Below are positions 17,661-27,083 of a DNA stretch of 64,000 nt, in pieces. The translations under genes were made by a program, and so were the position numbers. The number at the start of each line of letters is the position of its first letter. Position 1 is the first letter of the stretch. Under the pieces are notes generated by a model. It was not told the DNA's origin. It searched no databases and saw only the letters and a list, made by a program, of their open reading frames with translations. Source of the stretch: an uncultured bacterium (GTDB taxonomy: Bacteria > Fidelibacterota > Marinisomatia > Marinisomatales > TCS56); the NCBI GenBank assembly GCA_964439935.1, contig CAYTPW010000003.1:16743-80742 (forward strand), read 5' to 3'.

Positions 17661-20600
17661 ATGCTTAGAAAATCAGCATTATTGTTCTTAATTATCCTTA
17701 TTCTGTGTGGTGGACCGGTCATGGCACAATATGACCGGGATGAAGTCGTGAATATCAGCTCCCCGGTATCCGGCACGGTCGTTAATACTGATACACTCGA
17801 GGTCACTTTTGATCTGGCTTCATTTTTTACGATCGGCGACTCAGCCTGCAGCGATTGTGATGGTTATCTAAATGCTTATTTGAATGCTGAGTTGGCAACC
17901 ACAGCTCATGAGACCGGTAGTTTTATGCTGCGAGACCTTACCGATGGTTACTATATCCTGCTGCTTGAAGCAGTCGATCCGGATGGTAACAGCTTCACAC
18001 CCACAGTCTGGGATACAGCCAGCTTTTCGGTGATGTATGAAGAGAACTTTTGTCCCCCGGGGAATTTAGCGGTCAGTCCAACCTATCAATATGAGGCCCT
18101 GGCCCTCAATTGGAGGGAACCTTTCCTGGGAGCTGAAGGACTGTATTTTGAGGATTTTGAGGCTGGTGACGGTGGCTATGCCAGTACAGCTGATTGGGCT
18201 TATGGTGCGCCAACTTCAGGCGAACCACCGAATGCTTACTCCGGTGATTTTCTATGGGGTATCAATTTAGTGGGCGATTACCCCAACAGTTCCAACAGTA
18301 CCCTTGACAGTCCTCCCATATCACTGTCTGGCTTATTGGCTCCGCATCTTATGTTCTGGCACTGGTATGATATAGAATTCAGTTGGGATGGAGGTAATGT
18401 AAAATTATCTGTCGATAACGGTGCTAATTGGACAATTATTGAACCAATTGATGGATATGATGATGATGCAGCCTACACCGGCAATCCTGGGATTCCCGGA
18501 GAACCTTGTTTTACAGGAACTCAGGATTTTTGGCATGAAGCCATTTTTGATTTGTCAGATTATGCCGGAGAAGAAGTAATAATTCGCTGGCATTTTGGGT
18601 CCGATAGCTCCGTACCATATCCCGGCTGGTTTATCGATGATGTTACTATTAGTGAGCCGGTTCCAGATATTTTCTCGCGTGAATTTATCATGAGCTGTGG
18701 TGATCTGACCGGCTATGAAGTTTATCGTGGTGGTGCCTGGGTGGCGGATGTTGATACCAATTTTTACCTCGATGAAGCAGTAACGCTGGGAACCGAATAT
18801 TGCTATTATGTAACAGCGGTATACGACAGTGCCGGATCCGTGGTTGTCTCCGATACCAGTAATAATGCCTGTGGTATTCCGGAAACATACATTCCAATGC
18901 CACCGACCTATTTGTCAGCCATCCCTGGTGATGAAGAGGTCTATCTGAACTGGGAAGCTCCCGGATTGACATTCCAGGATGGTGAAAACTGCCTGGTACC
19001 AATTGTAATCGGCGATGTTGGTGATGGATTCAGTCAGATTATAAATGGCGATAATACCGGCTTTATCAATGATTATACCAATGGATTCTCTGCGGGAGGA
19101 CCCGATGTTGTTTATCAGTTTACCATTCTGGAAACAGTAAATATATCCTTTTCACTTTGTGGTGGCGCCACCTGGGATACCTACCTGATCCTTTTAAATG
19201 GCGGCTGTGATGAGACACTGGCCTTTGATGATGATGGTTGCGGCACTTTACAGTCTTTGCTCGAAGGAACCCTGGGACCCGGCGTTTATAATATCGTTGT
19301 CGATGGTTTCAGCACGTCATCCTATGGCGCTTATAGTATGACAATGACTGCGACAGCAACCCGGACTCTACCCGGTTTCCCAGCCACTGTAATAGATCGG
19401 GATAAGCTAACTGAGCGTGAATTGGAATACCAGAAGGCAGCTACAGCAGCTGGTCGTGATATCGGTGGTTCATTTGTTGTTGCCAATGGCGGTTATCTAC
19501 CTGGGTCTGCCACTTTCACCGATTTCACGTTAACAATTGTCTCAACCGATTTTTCGGAGTGCGATTCATTTGCGGTGACCTTCCCGGCCGAACTGGTCGT
19601 TTTAGATGCTGGTCCGCAACCGTTGTCTGGTGAAGAATTCAATGGTGTTCAGGGTCAGACAATTTCATGGGGTAGCGACCGCGATGATGGCATGGGCGGT
19701 ATCATCGGTACAATTGATTTTTGGGCTATGATTCTGGCAGATCCTCTAGCCTCAGGCCCGCTGACCTGTGATTATTTCTTCTCCGATGATGGTGATGCAT
19801 CGATAGTTGATGCTGGCGGTACGTTTGATATCGAAGAATGGATACCGGGTGATGGTGAATTCATGGGCTACAATGTTTATATTGATGGTGGTACCGATCC
19901 CGACAATGATTTCGAATTGCCCTTCCCGGGATACCTGGTTGAAGAACTGACCAATGATGTCAGCTACGATTTCCAGGTTACCGCTTTTTATTACCCTGAT
20001 TATGAAAGTGCACCAGTCTCGGTATCAGCCACACCCACCTGGCTGTTCGGCGATGTTACTGGTGTAATTACCGATCCGAACGGCGTCACACTGGATAGTG
20101 CTGTGGTTTCCGCAGGTGGTATCAGCGATACAACCGATACCGATGGAGAATATCTACTGCATAACTTGGTACCCGGTACCTACACCGTCAATGTCCAGCG
20201 ACCAGGATTTGATGGGGCCAAGGGTGGCGTTAGCGTTATGGCCCAGGAAGCAGCCACAGTTCTCGATTTCATGATGATTCCGAAGCTGGGGAAACCTGGT
20301 GGTTTGACCGCCACTAGTGCTGACGAGGTAGTATATCTGGCCTGGAATTCACCCGGTTCGGTTGTACCAGGTGAGTGGATGTTCTTCCATGATGGAACTT
20401 TTGAGAATTCGATCTCTTCCACCGCCGGTGGTATGGGACTGGCCCAGTTATTTGTTCCGCTGGCCTATCCGGCCACAATTCAGGCAGTGCGTTTCCATGT
20501 ATCCGATTTTGGATCATTTGACCAGGATATTGAGGTCAATGTCTTTGCGGATGACGGCTTAACAGTCCTGTCAGGACCATATATCATTCCAGGCGTTTAT

Positions 20601-22052
20601 AATGATTGGATTGAAATCGATATTGACGATGCTACTATTGATGAAGGAGCCTTCCTGGTGGCAACCTATAATGTTTTAGCGGGTGGTCCCTATGTTTCAA
20701 TCGATCAGGATAACTATTCAGCCAGTTTATTCTTTGGAAATACGGTTGATGGTTGGACGGAAATGGGTGACTATGGCTATTTTGCCGAAGGCAGTCATGA
20801 AGCGTTGATCGCAGCAGCGGGCCGCTCGGTGACAGTCCAGCCCAATGGTGTTGTCCTGGACAATCAAACAAGCAATATACCAGTCAGTCTGGCTTCTATT
20901 GCTGTATCACATGGAACGACAGCCCCCCGTATGCCCGATGGATTACGGACTGTATCAACCCGTGAGGATAGTTTAATCGGCTATCATGTCTATCAGGAGA
21001 CGGTGACCGGCGATAGTCTGGTTGCAGCCAATGCCAGTGATGATACGACCGCCACAATCGTTGTCCCTGCTAATTATATTGAATACTGCTATACTGTAAA
21101 AGCAGTCTGGGACACTGATGAGTATGATACGCTGGAATCAAAGCCGTCCAATATGGCCTGTGTGGTTCCATTCTTGCCCGGAGATGTTGATTTCGTTGGC
21201 GGTGTTACCGTATTGGATCTGGTAATGGTGGTCGATTTTGCCCTTGGTGTAGCTGTACCCAGTCTGGATCAATTCCGTGGAGCCGATATCAATCTTGATG
21301 GTATAATCAATATTCAGGACATCATCATGATCGTCGATATAATCATCCCCCCGACGACTGCCAGAACCAGTGTTCTAAATGGAAGTACAGCAGCACTGGA
21401 ATTACTGTATGACGGGCATCAGAATCTCAGCCCATTGCTGATCTATGACGGAATTGTCCGTGGTATTCAATTCGTCCTGGAATACGATGCCGACGGTATT
21501 GAACTGGGAGCACCGGTCATTTCTGGTTCAACGAAAGATCAGCTGATGAACTACCAGGTATCCGCACCGGGTGTCATGCATATTCTGATCGCGAATATTA
21601 ATGGTGGCGCGCTTGATATCGACAAAGCACTGGCGGCAATTCCTTTGACTGTAAAAGCGAAATCCGGGTCTGAATCAGAAATAAAGCTGATCGATCCGGT
21701 TCTGGTTGGCTCCAATGGTGAGAGTATTCCAGTTGTTACTAAATCCATTAGTCTTGATTTAATAGCTGTACCAACGCAGTATTCTTTACATCAGAACTAT
21801 CCCAATCCGTTCAATCCGGTTACTGATATCATGTTTGATATTCCCAACGCCGGACCGGTGGAATTGGTTATCTACAACCTGATGGGACAGAAAGTCAGGA
21901 CTCTGGTTAAAGGTGACATATCCATCGGATATCACTCAATTCGCTGGAACGGATTAGGCGATAATGGGACACCAGTTGCTACCGGTATGTATTTCTATCA
22001 GATTACTGCCGGTAATTTCCATGCGACTAAGAAGATGGTATTATTGAAATAA
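17661..22052 (+). CDS. giant modular surface protein P2 (1463 aa), T9SS-sorted paralog of P1
   Basis: RBS AGGAGG. Signal peptide ending VMA|QY. Same scaffold as P1 with two nested domains in the opposite order. 33-nt gap from P1. Confidence 0.92.
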   Translation: MLRKSALLFLIILILCGGPVMAQYDRDEVVNISSPVSGTVVNTDTLEVTFDLASFFTIGDSACSDCDGYLNAYLNAELATTAHETGSFMLRDLTDGYYILLLEAVDPDGNSFTPTVWDTASFSVMYEENFCPPGNLAVSPTYQYEALALNWREPFLGAEGLYFEDFEAGDGGYASTADWAYGAPTSGEPPNAYSGDFLWGINLVGDYPNSSNSTLDSPPISLSGLLAPHLMFWHWYDIEFSWDGGNVKLSVDNGANWTIIEPIDGYDDDAAYTGNPGIPGEPCFTGTQDFWHEAIFDLSDYAGEEVIIRWHFGSDSSVPYPGWFIDDVTISEPVPDIFSREFIMSCGDLTGYEVYRGGAWVADVDTNFYLDEAVTLGTEYCYYVTAVYDSAGSVVVSDTSNNACGIPETYIPMPPTYLSAIPGDEEVYLNWEAPGLTFQDGENCLVPIVIGDVGDGFSQIINGDNTGFINDYTNGFSAGGPDVVYQFTILETVNISFSLCGGATWDTYLILLNGGCDETLAFDDDGCGTLQSLLEGTLGPGVYNIVVDGFSTSSYGAYSMTMTATATRTLPGFPATVIDRDKLTERELEYQKAATAAGRDIGGSFVVANGGYLPGSATFTDFTLTIVSTDFSECDSFAVTFPAELVVLDAGPQPLSGEEFNGVQGQTISWGSDRDDGMGGIIGTIDFWAMILADPLASGPLTCDYFFSDDGDASIVDAGGTFDIEEWIPGDGEFMGYNVYIDGGTDPDNDFELPFPGYLVEELTNDVSYDFQVTAFYYPDYESAPVSVSATPTWLFGDVTGVITDPNGVTLDSAVVSAGGISDTTDTDGEYLLHNLVPGTYTVNVQRPGFDGAKGGVSVMAQEAATVLDFMMIPKLGKPGGLTATSADEVVYLAWNSPGSVVPGEWMFFHDGTFENSISSTAGGMGLAQLFVPLAYPATIQAVRFHVSDFGSFDQDIEVNVFADDGLTVLSGPYIIPGVYNDWIEIDIDDATIDEGAFLVATYNVLAGGPYVSIDQDNYSASLFFGNTVDGWTEMGDYGYFAEGSHEALIAAAGRSVTVQPNGVVLDNQTSNIPVSLASIAVSHGTTAPRMPDGLRTVSTREDSLIGYHVYQETVTGDSLVAANASDDTTATIVVPANYIEYCYTVKAVWDTDEYDTLESKPSNMACVVPFLPGDVDFVGGVTVLDLVMVVDFALGVAVPSLDQFRGADINLDGIINIQDIIMIVDIIIPPTTARTSVLNGSTAALELLYDGHQNLSPLLIYDGIVRGIQFVLEYDADGIELGAPVISGSTKDQLMNYQVSAPGVMHILIANINGGALDIDKALAAIPLTVKAKSGSESEIKLIDPVLVGSNGESIPVVTKSISLDLIAVPTQYSLHQNYPNPFNPVTDIMFDIPNAGPVELVIYNLMGQKVRTLVKGDISIGYHSIRWNGLGDNGTPVATGMYFYQITAGNFHATKKMVLLK
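18141..18650 (+). other. P2 MAM/'choice-of-anchor J'-like jelly-roll, nested in the first FN3-like module (aa approx 161-330)
   Basis: YFEDFEAGDGGYASTADWAYG...LDSPPISLSGLLAPHLMFWHWYDIEFSWDGGNVKLSVDNGANWTII...EEVIIRWHFGSDSSVPYPGWFIDDVTI. Confidence 0.55.
18975..19349 (+). other. P2 PPC-like domain, nested in the second FN3-like module (aa approx 439-563)
   Basis: PDVVYQFTILETVNISFSLCGGATWDTYLILLNGGC...GPGVYNIVVDGFSTSSYGAYSMTM. Confidence 0.55.
20373..20828 (+). other. P2 copy of the highly conserved unknown domain (aa 905-1056)
   Basis: EWMFFHDGTFENSISSTAGGMGLAQLF...ATIQAVRFHVSDFGSFDQDIEVNVF...NDWIEIDIDDATIDEGAFLVATYN...DYGYFAEGSHEALIAAAGRS. Confidence 0.8.
21180..21347 (+). other. P2 dockerin-like module
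   Basis: GDVDFVGGVTVLDLVMVVDFALG...GADINLDGIINIQDIIMIVDII. Confidence 0.65.
21390..21779 (+). other. P2 cohesin-like beta-sandwich (tentative)
   Basis: AALELLYDG...IVRGIQFVLEYDADGIELGAPVI...ALAAIPLTVKAKSGSESEIKLIDPVL. Confidence 0.45.
21780..22049 (+). other. P2 T9SS C-terminal sorting domain
   Basis: YSLHQNYPNPFNPVTDIMFDIPNAGPVELVIYNLMGQKVRTLV...HSIRWNGLGDNGTPVATGMYFYQITAGNFHATKKMVLLK. Confidence 0.88.
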
Positions 22053-22074
22053 GAAATAGAGTACAATTCATGGT

Positions 22075-22106
22075 AAAACGGCTTCCTTTTGGAAGCCGTT
22101 TTGCTT
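22075..22106 (+). terminator. rho-independent terminator after P2
   Basis: Perfect 12-bp stem AAAACGGCTTCC / GGAAGCCGTTTT with a TTTT loop, then GCTTTGG. Confidence 0.7.
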
Positions 22107-22159
22107 TGGAACAATTCCTGTCCAAATTGCATTGAAATATTAAATTTTTGGAGAATACA

Positions 22160-23557
22160 ATGCGAAAATTGATACTGTTCACCATATTATTTGTTGTAAC
22201 AGCTTATACGCAGAATTCAATCGTCGATAAGTTCAGTCAGGCTCTGGCTGATGTTGCCGAGCGGGCCAACCCGGCGGTAGTGACCATCACTACTGAGAAG
22301 GTTTATAACTCAAATTCACGTAATCCTTATCACGGAACTCCGTTTGAGGAATTTTTCAATTACCATTTCAATGTTCCTGACCGTAAATACAAGGGACAGG
22401 CTTTGGGTTCTGGTGTAATTGTCAATTCCCGGAAAGGTTATATTTTAACCAATAACCACGTAGTGGACGATGCTGATGCGATTAATATCCAACTGATTGA
22501 TAAACGGGTTATTCAGGCGGAAGTAGTGGGGTCAGATCCCAAATCTGATCTGGCAGTGCTGCAAATTGATGCAAAGAATCTCACTGCACTGGAATTAGGA
22601 AATTCCGATCAACTGCGCGTCGGCGAGTGGGTTATGGCCGTTGGTAGCCCATTTTCAGCAAACCTTAGCCATACTGTGACAGCCGGAATTGTTAGCGCTC
22701 TGGGTCGATCAAATATTATTCCAGGGTCTGAGGACTATGAAGATTTCATCCAAACCGATGCAGCGATTAATCCTGGAAACAGTGGTGGTGCCCTGTTGAA
22801 TATGAAGGGTGATCTGGTGGGAATTAATACAGCAATTGCCACTGGCGGTTATGAGCGAGCTAATCGGGGAGTCGGATTTGCCATACCGTCTAATATGGCC
22901 AAAAAGGTTATGCAGGATTTGATCGAAAATGGTTACGTCATTCGCTCCTGGCTGGGTGTTTGGATTCAGGAAGTCGAAGATAAAGTAGCCCGTGCCTTGG
23001 ATCTCGAGACACGGGAGGGAGCGATTATCAGCCAGGTCGCCGAAGACAGTCCAGCTGAGAAAGCAGGGCTCAGTACAGGCGATATTATTGTTGCCTTTGA
23101 TGGAGTCAGTATAAATGGCCCATCAAAATTGCAGAATGTGGTATCAGCTACCAAACCGGGCACGAAATCGAAAGTGGAAATCATCCGCGATGGAAAGAAA
23201 AAAACAATTAATGTGATTTTGGAGGAGTTACCCCAGGATGATCAAGTTTTTTCCAGCCGTTTACCAAGTAAGACAGATGATCTTGGCATAGAGGTGCAGG
23301 AATTAACCGGATCACTGGCAGAGCGATACGGCATTGATTCAAACACAGAAGGAGTAGTCATTACCAACGTGGAGCGTGGCAGCCCTGGTGATGAAGCCGG
23401 CTTGCGTCCTGGTGACGTTGTGATTCGGATTGGCTCCCGAGATATTACAGGCTTAAAAGAATTCCGGCGCTTGAGCAGCCCTGAGGATAATAATGTTCTG
23501 TTGCTACTGGTTAAGCGTGGGAATGTATCACGTTATTTCACTTTGGATATTGGTTAA
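22160..23557 (+). CDS. htrA: periplasmic serine endoprotease HtrA/DegP/DegQ family with two PDZ domains
   Basis: Catalytic triad context TNNHVV (His), DLAVLQI (Asp) and GNSGGAL (Ser). Two PDZ-like blocks (SPAEKAGLSTGDIIVAFDG, SPGDEAGLRPGDVVIRIG). I prefer the ATG at 22160 (RBS GGAGA 7 nt upstream) over the track's TTG at 22148. Confidence 0.9.
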   Translation: MRKLILFTILFVVTAYTQNSIVDKFSQALADVAERANPAVVTITTEKVYNSNSRNPYHGTPFEEFFNYHFNVPDRKYKGQALGSGVIVNSRKGYILTNNHVVDDADAINIQLIDKRVIQAEVVGSDPKSDLAVLQIDAKNLTALELGNSDQLRVGEWVMAVGSPFSANLSHTVTAGIVSALGRSNIIPGSEDYEDFIQTDAAINPGNSGGALLNMKGDLVGINTAIATGGYERANRGVGFAIPSNMAKKVMQDLIENGYVIRSWLGVWIQEVEDKVARALDLETREGAIISQVAEDSPAEKAGLSTGDIIVAFDGVSINGPSKLQNVVSATKPGTKSKVEIIRDGKKKTINVILEELPQDDQVFSSRLPSKTDDLGIEVQELTGSLAERYGIDSNTEGVVITNVERGSPGDEAGLRPGDVVIRIGSRDITGLKEFRRLSSPEDNNVLLLLVKRGNVSRYFTLDIG

Positions 23558-23575
23558 TTCTGAATTCTACATAAA

Positions 23576-23608
23576 GAAAATCCTCTTTCGGGAGGATTTT
23601 CTTTTATC
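23576..23608 (+). terminator. rho-independent terminator after htrA
   Basis: GAAAATCCTC (23576-23585) pairs with GAGGATTTTC (23592-23601), followed by TTTTATC. Confidence 0.7.
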
Positions 23609-23763
23609 AAAGGTTCGCAGTTCAAATTGACACTGGTGAGCTGCTACAATTAACTTCATTCACTAAAAACATACCGATTTATGTAACTATTAGTGGTATT
23701 ATTTCTGCAACACTTCTCCTGCTTATAATTATGCTAGATGAATATTGAAGACACAGTAAGCTA

Positions 23764-26700
23764 ATGATCAAGAAAGTCGATCCTAAAGTTGATTTTATCG
23801 CGCTGGAACACCAGATCCAGGAATTCTGGAAATCCAACCGGATTTTTGAAAAACGCGTGCAGGCTAATCAGGGGAAGCCGCGCTGGAGTTTTCTAGACGG
23901 ACCGATTACAGCCAATAATCCGATGGGGGTACACCATGCCTGGGGGCGTACTTTAAAAGATATATATCAACGCTATATGGCGATGACCGGTCATGAATTG
24001 CGTTACCAGAATGGATTCGACTGTCAGGGCTTATGGGTTGAAGTTGAAGTGGAAAAGGATCTTGGTTTTAAATCCAAGCGCGATATTGAGGAATTCGGAA
24101 TAGAGAAATTTGTCAATCTATGTAAAGAACGAGTGCGTAAATATTCTGATATCCAGACCCAGCAATCAATTCGACTCGGCTACTGGATGGATTGGGATAA
24201 TTCCTATTATACCATGTCCGATGAAAACAATTATACGATCTGGGCTTTCCTTAAAAAATTATTTGAGCGTGGTAAAATTTATCGAGGTACTGATGTTGTG
24301 CCCTGGTCCGGAAAATCGGGAACATCCTATTCCCAGATGGAAATTATTGAAGGTCGTAAACTGGTTGCACATGATGCTGTTTTTGTTCGTTTTCCGCTCC
24401 TGGAGCGGGAAAATGAGTATTTGTTGATCTGGACAACAACGCCCTGGACCTTGACCTCCAATGTGGCTGCAGCAGTTAATGCTGATCTGGATTATGTTCG
24501 CCTGCGAGCTCAAGATGGCGCCGTGTATTATTTGGCTGCTGATAATCTGGAATACCAGCGCCTTGAAAAGCAATTTGATGACAAGAAACAATGGATCGAG
24601 GGTGTCCCGAAGCTAAAGACGATTGTCCAGATCTTCAAGGAACATGGCGGTTATTCTCTGGAAGGTACCATTAAAGGTGCTGATATGATCGGCTGGCGTT
24701 ATCGTGGTCCGTTTGACGATCTGGAAGCGCAGGCCTTACCTGGTGGACATCCCTTCTCCAGAACTGATTTAAAAGACCAGGGGGTAACCGGAATCAGTTG
24801 CCATCGGGTCATTGATGGCGGAAAGGATTCGGAAGGCAAGGATGTCGTTGTAGCCGGCGAAGGTACCGGAATTGTACATATTGCTCCCGGTTGTGGAGAT
24901 ATCGATCATGCCATTGGCCGCGAGTTGGGATTGGTGGATATCGCTCCTCTGGATGATGAATCCAAGTATATCGATGGGTTTGGATGGCTGACTGGCATGT
25001 TGGCCACCGATCAGGCAACTACCGATAAAATAACTGCGAACTTGAAGCAAAATGGTTTTCTGGTCCATGTTGAAAGCTATCCTCACATATATCCCCATTG
25101 TTGGCGTTCGGGAGATGAACTGGTGTTCAGGATGGTAGGTGAATGGTACATAAAAATGGACTGGCGCAATGCTATTAAAGCCATCGTTGATAATATTGAG
25201 TGGCTGCCAGAGTGGGGTCGTGAGCGGGAACATGAATGGCTCGATAATATGAGCGATTGGATGATCTCTAAAAAACGTTTCTGGGGTCTGGCTTTACCAA
25301 TTTGGACATTTGAAGATGGTAGTTTCTATGTCGTCGGTTCGCGACATGAGCTGCAGGAGTTGGCGGTAGAGGGCTGGGATGATTTTGACGGTCACAGTCC
25401 ACATCGACCCTGGGTGGATCGAGTGAAAATCCGCCATCCGGAAACGGGATTGATCGGTACTCGTATTCCAGATGTGGGAAATCCCTGGCTGGATGCCGGC
25501 ATAGTGCCCTATTCCACCATGAATTATCTCAACGATCCGGAATATTGGCGGAAATGGTTCCCGGCTGATTTTATCACGGAATGTTTTCCGGGTCAATTCC
25601 GTAACTGGTTTTATTCATTGTTGGCCATGTCAACAGTCATGGAGAATGAACCGCCGTTCAAGACCCTGTTGGGACATGCCCTGGTCAAGGCTGAGGATGG
25701 CCGCGATATGCATAAATCATGGGGTAATGCGATCTGGTTTGATGATGCCGCCGAGAAAATGGGTGTTGATGTCATGCGCTGGATGTATGCATCTCAGAAT
25801 GTTGAACATAATCTGCTGTTCGGATATCACCATGCTGATGAGGTCCGTAAACGGATTATCACCTTGTGGAATTCATACTCCTTTTTTGCAACCTACGCTG
25901 CTTTGGATAAGTTTGAACCAACTTCATCCGAACTAAACTTGCAGGATTTGACCGTCCTGGATCGCTGGATTATCGCCAAATTAAATCAATTAATTCTGGA
26001 CTGCCGCGAATCCACTGAAAAATATCAAACATTTCGTATGATGCGGAAAGTGGATCAATTTCTGGAAGATTTATCGAACTGGTATATCCGCCGTAACCGT
26101 CGCCGCTTCTGGAAAAGTGAGGATGATGCGGATAAATTGGCTGCTTATCAGGTATTATATGAAGTGCTATTAAAAACAGTTCAATTACTGGCGCCGGTAT
26201 TACCATTTTTAACCGAAGAAATTTATCAGAATCTGGCATGTAGTGGCGGTGCGGACGCGCCGGAAAGCATCCATCTATGCGATTATCCCCAGGCAGACCG
26301 AGAGCGAATCGATCATGGGTTGATGGACCAGGTGGATGCCCTACGTAAGCTGGTTGAATTGGGACGTTCTGCCCGGAACCAGGTCGGAATAAAAATCCGC
26401 CAGCCCTTATCTAAGCTGGCCTATGTCATCGAGGATGATGCGAGTGCTGAATTTATACAGGATCAACAATCCGTGATTATGGAAGAATTAAATGTAAAAA
26501 CAATTGAGCGCTTTACTGACTCCAGCCATTTGATGACTCATATTGTCAGACCAAATCTACGGGTAATGGGTCCGAAATATGGCAAATTTATGAATGGTAT
26601 TCAGGAAAAAATTGCCGAGTCGGATGGTAGTTTCTTGGCAAACTCCCTTAAAAGTACTGGCCAGGTCAATTTTACCATTGATGGAACTGGCATTATTCTT

Positions 26701-27075
26701 GATGCAAATGATTTGTTAATTGACAAAACTTCAGCAGATGGCTATGCCGCTACCAGCGAAGGTGACATGACTATAGGTCTGGTAACCGAGCTAACCGAAG
26801 ATTTAGTTCAAGAAGGTCTGGTGCGTGATGCAATAAGACAGGTGCAGATTATGCGAAAAAGAGCTAAATTTATGGTTGAAGATCGAATCAAAATATATGG
26901 AAGATTTGATGGACCTGTAGGTATAGCAATACAAGCAAATAAGGAATATTTTTATAACGAGACACTAACTCAAGAGATGATACCTGAGTTCCAGCCGGGC
27001 GAATACAGCGAGAAGGTTACAGTGCGCGAATGGAGCTTTGACGTAGCGATTGAACGCGTTGAAAAGGTAAAGTGA
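23764..27075 (+). CDS. ileS: isoleucine--tRNA ligase (long, type-2-like form)
   Basis: HIGH-type motif PMGVHHAWGRTLKD, WTTTPWTL editing-domain block and KMSKS-type DMHKSWGN. The 1103-aa length and the downstream lspA are classical. Confidence 0.95.
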   Translation: MIKKVDPKVDFIALEHQIQEFWKSNRIFEKRVQANQGKPRWSFLDGPITANNPMGVHHAWGRTLKDIYQRYMAMTGHELRYQNGFDCQGLWVEVEVEKDLGFKSKRDIEEFGIEKFVNLCKERVRKYSDIQTQQSIRLGYWMDWDNSYYTMSDENNYTIWAFLKKLFERGKIYRGTDVVPWSGKSGTSYSQMEIIEGRKLVAHDAVFVRFPLLERENEYLLIWTTTPWTLTSNVAAAVNADLDYVRLRAQDGAVYYLAADNLEYQRLEKQFDDKKQWIEGVPKLKTIVQIFKEHGGYSLEGTIKGADMIGWRYRGPFDDLEAQALPGGHPFSRTDLKDQGVTGISCHRVIDGGKDSEGKDVVVAGEGTGIVHIAPGCGDIDHAIGRELGLVDIAPLDDESKYIDGFGWLTGMLATDQATTDKITANLKQNGFLVHVESYPHIYPHCWRSGDELVFRMVGEWYIKMDWRNAIKAIVDNIEWLPEWGREREHEWLDNMSDWMISKKRFWGLALPIWTFEDGSFYVVGSRHELQELAVEGWDDFDGHSPHRPWVDRVKIRHPETGLIGTRIPDVGNPWLDAGIVPYSTMNYLNDPEYWRKWFPADFITECFPGQFRNWFYSLLAMSTVMENEPPFKTLLGHALVKAEDGRDMHKSWGNAIWFDDAAEKMGVDVMRWMYASQNVEHNLLFGYHHADEVRKRIITLWNSYSFFATYAALDKFEPTSSELNLQDLTVLDRWIIAKLNQLILDCRESTEKYQTFRMMRKVDQFLEDLSNWYIRRNRRRFWKSEDDADKLAAYQVLYEVLLKTVQLLAPVLPFLTEEIYQNLACSGGADAPESIHLCDYPQADRERIDHGLMDQVDALRKLVELGRSARNQVGIKIRQPLSKLAYVIEDDASAEFIQDQQSVIMEELNVKTIERFTDSSHLMTHIVRPNLRVMGPKYGKFMNGIQEKIAESDGSFLANSLKSTGQVNFTIDGTGIILDANDLLIDKTSADGYAATSEGDMTIGLVTELTEDLVQEGLVRDAIRQVQIMRKRAKFMVEDRIKIYGRFDGPVGIAIQANKEYFYNETLTQEMIPEFQPGEYSEKVTVREWSFDVAIERVEKVK

Positions 27076-27083
27076 GGTTTACT

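Noticed and set aside
13239-22052. Diversity-generating retroelement or phase-variation explanation for the two giant paralogs
   Set aside because: There is no reverse transcriptase, invertase or near-identical template/variable DNA repeat anywhere in the window. The paralogs differ throughout at the nucleotide level, roughly three-quarters identity by eye (not counted) even in the best-conserved stretch.
23627-23650. TTGACA ... TACAAT upstream of ileS that looks like a perfect sigma70 promoter
   Set aside because: The spacer between the two hexamers is only 12 nt (23633-23644), far from the functional 16-18 nt. I did not call it a promoter.
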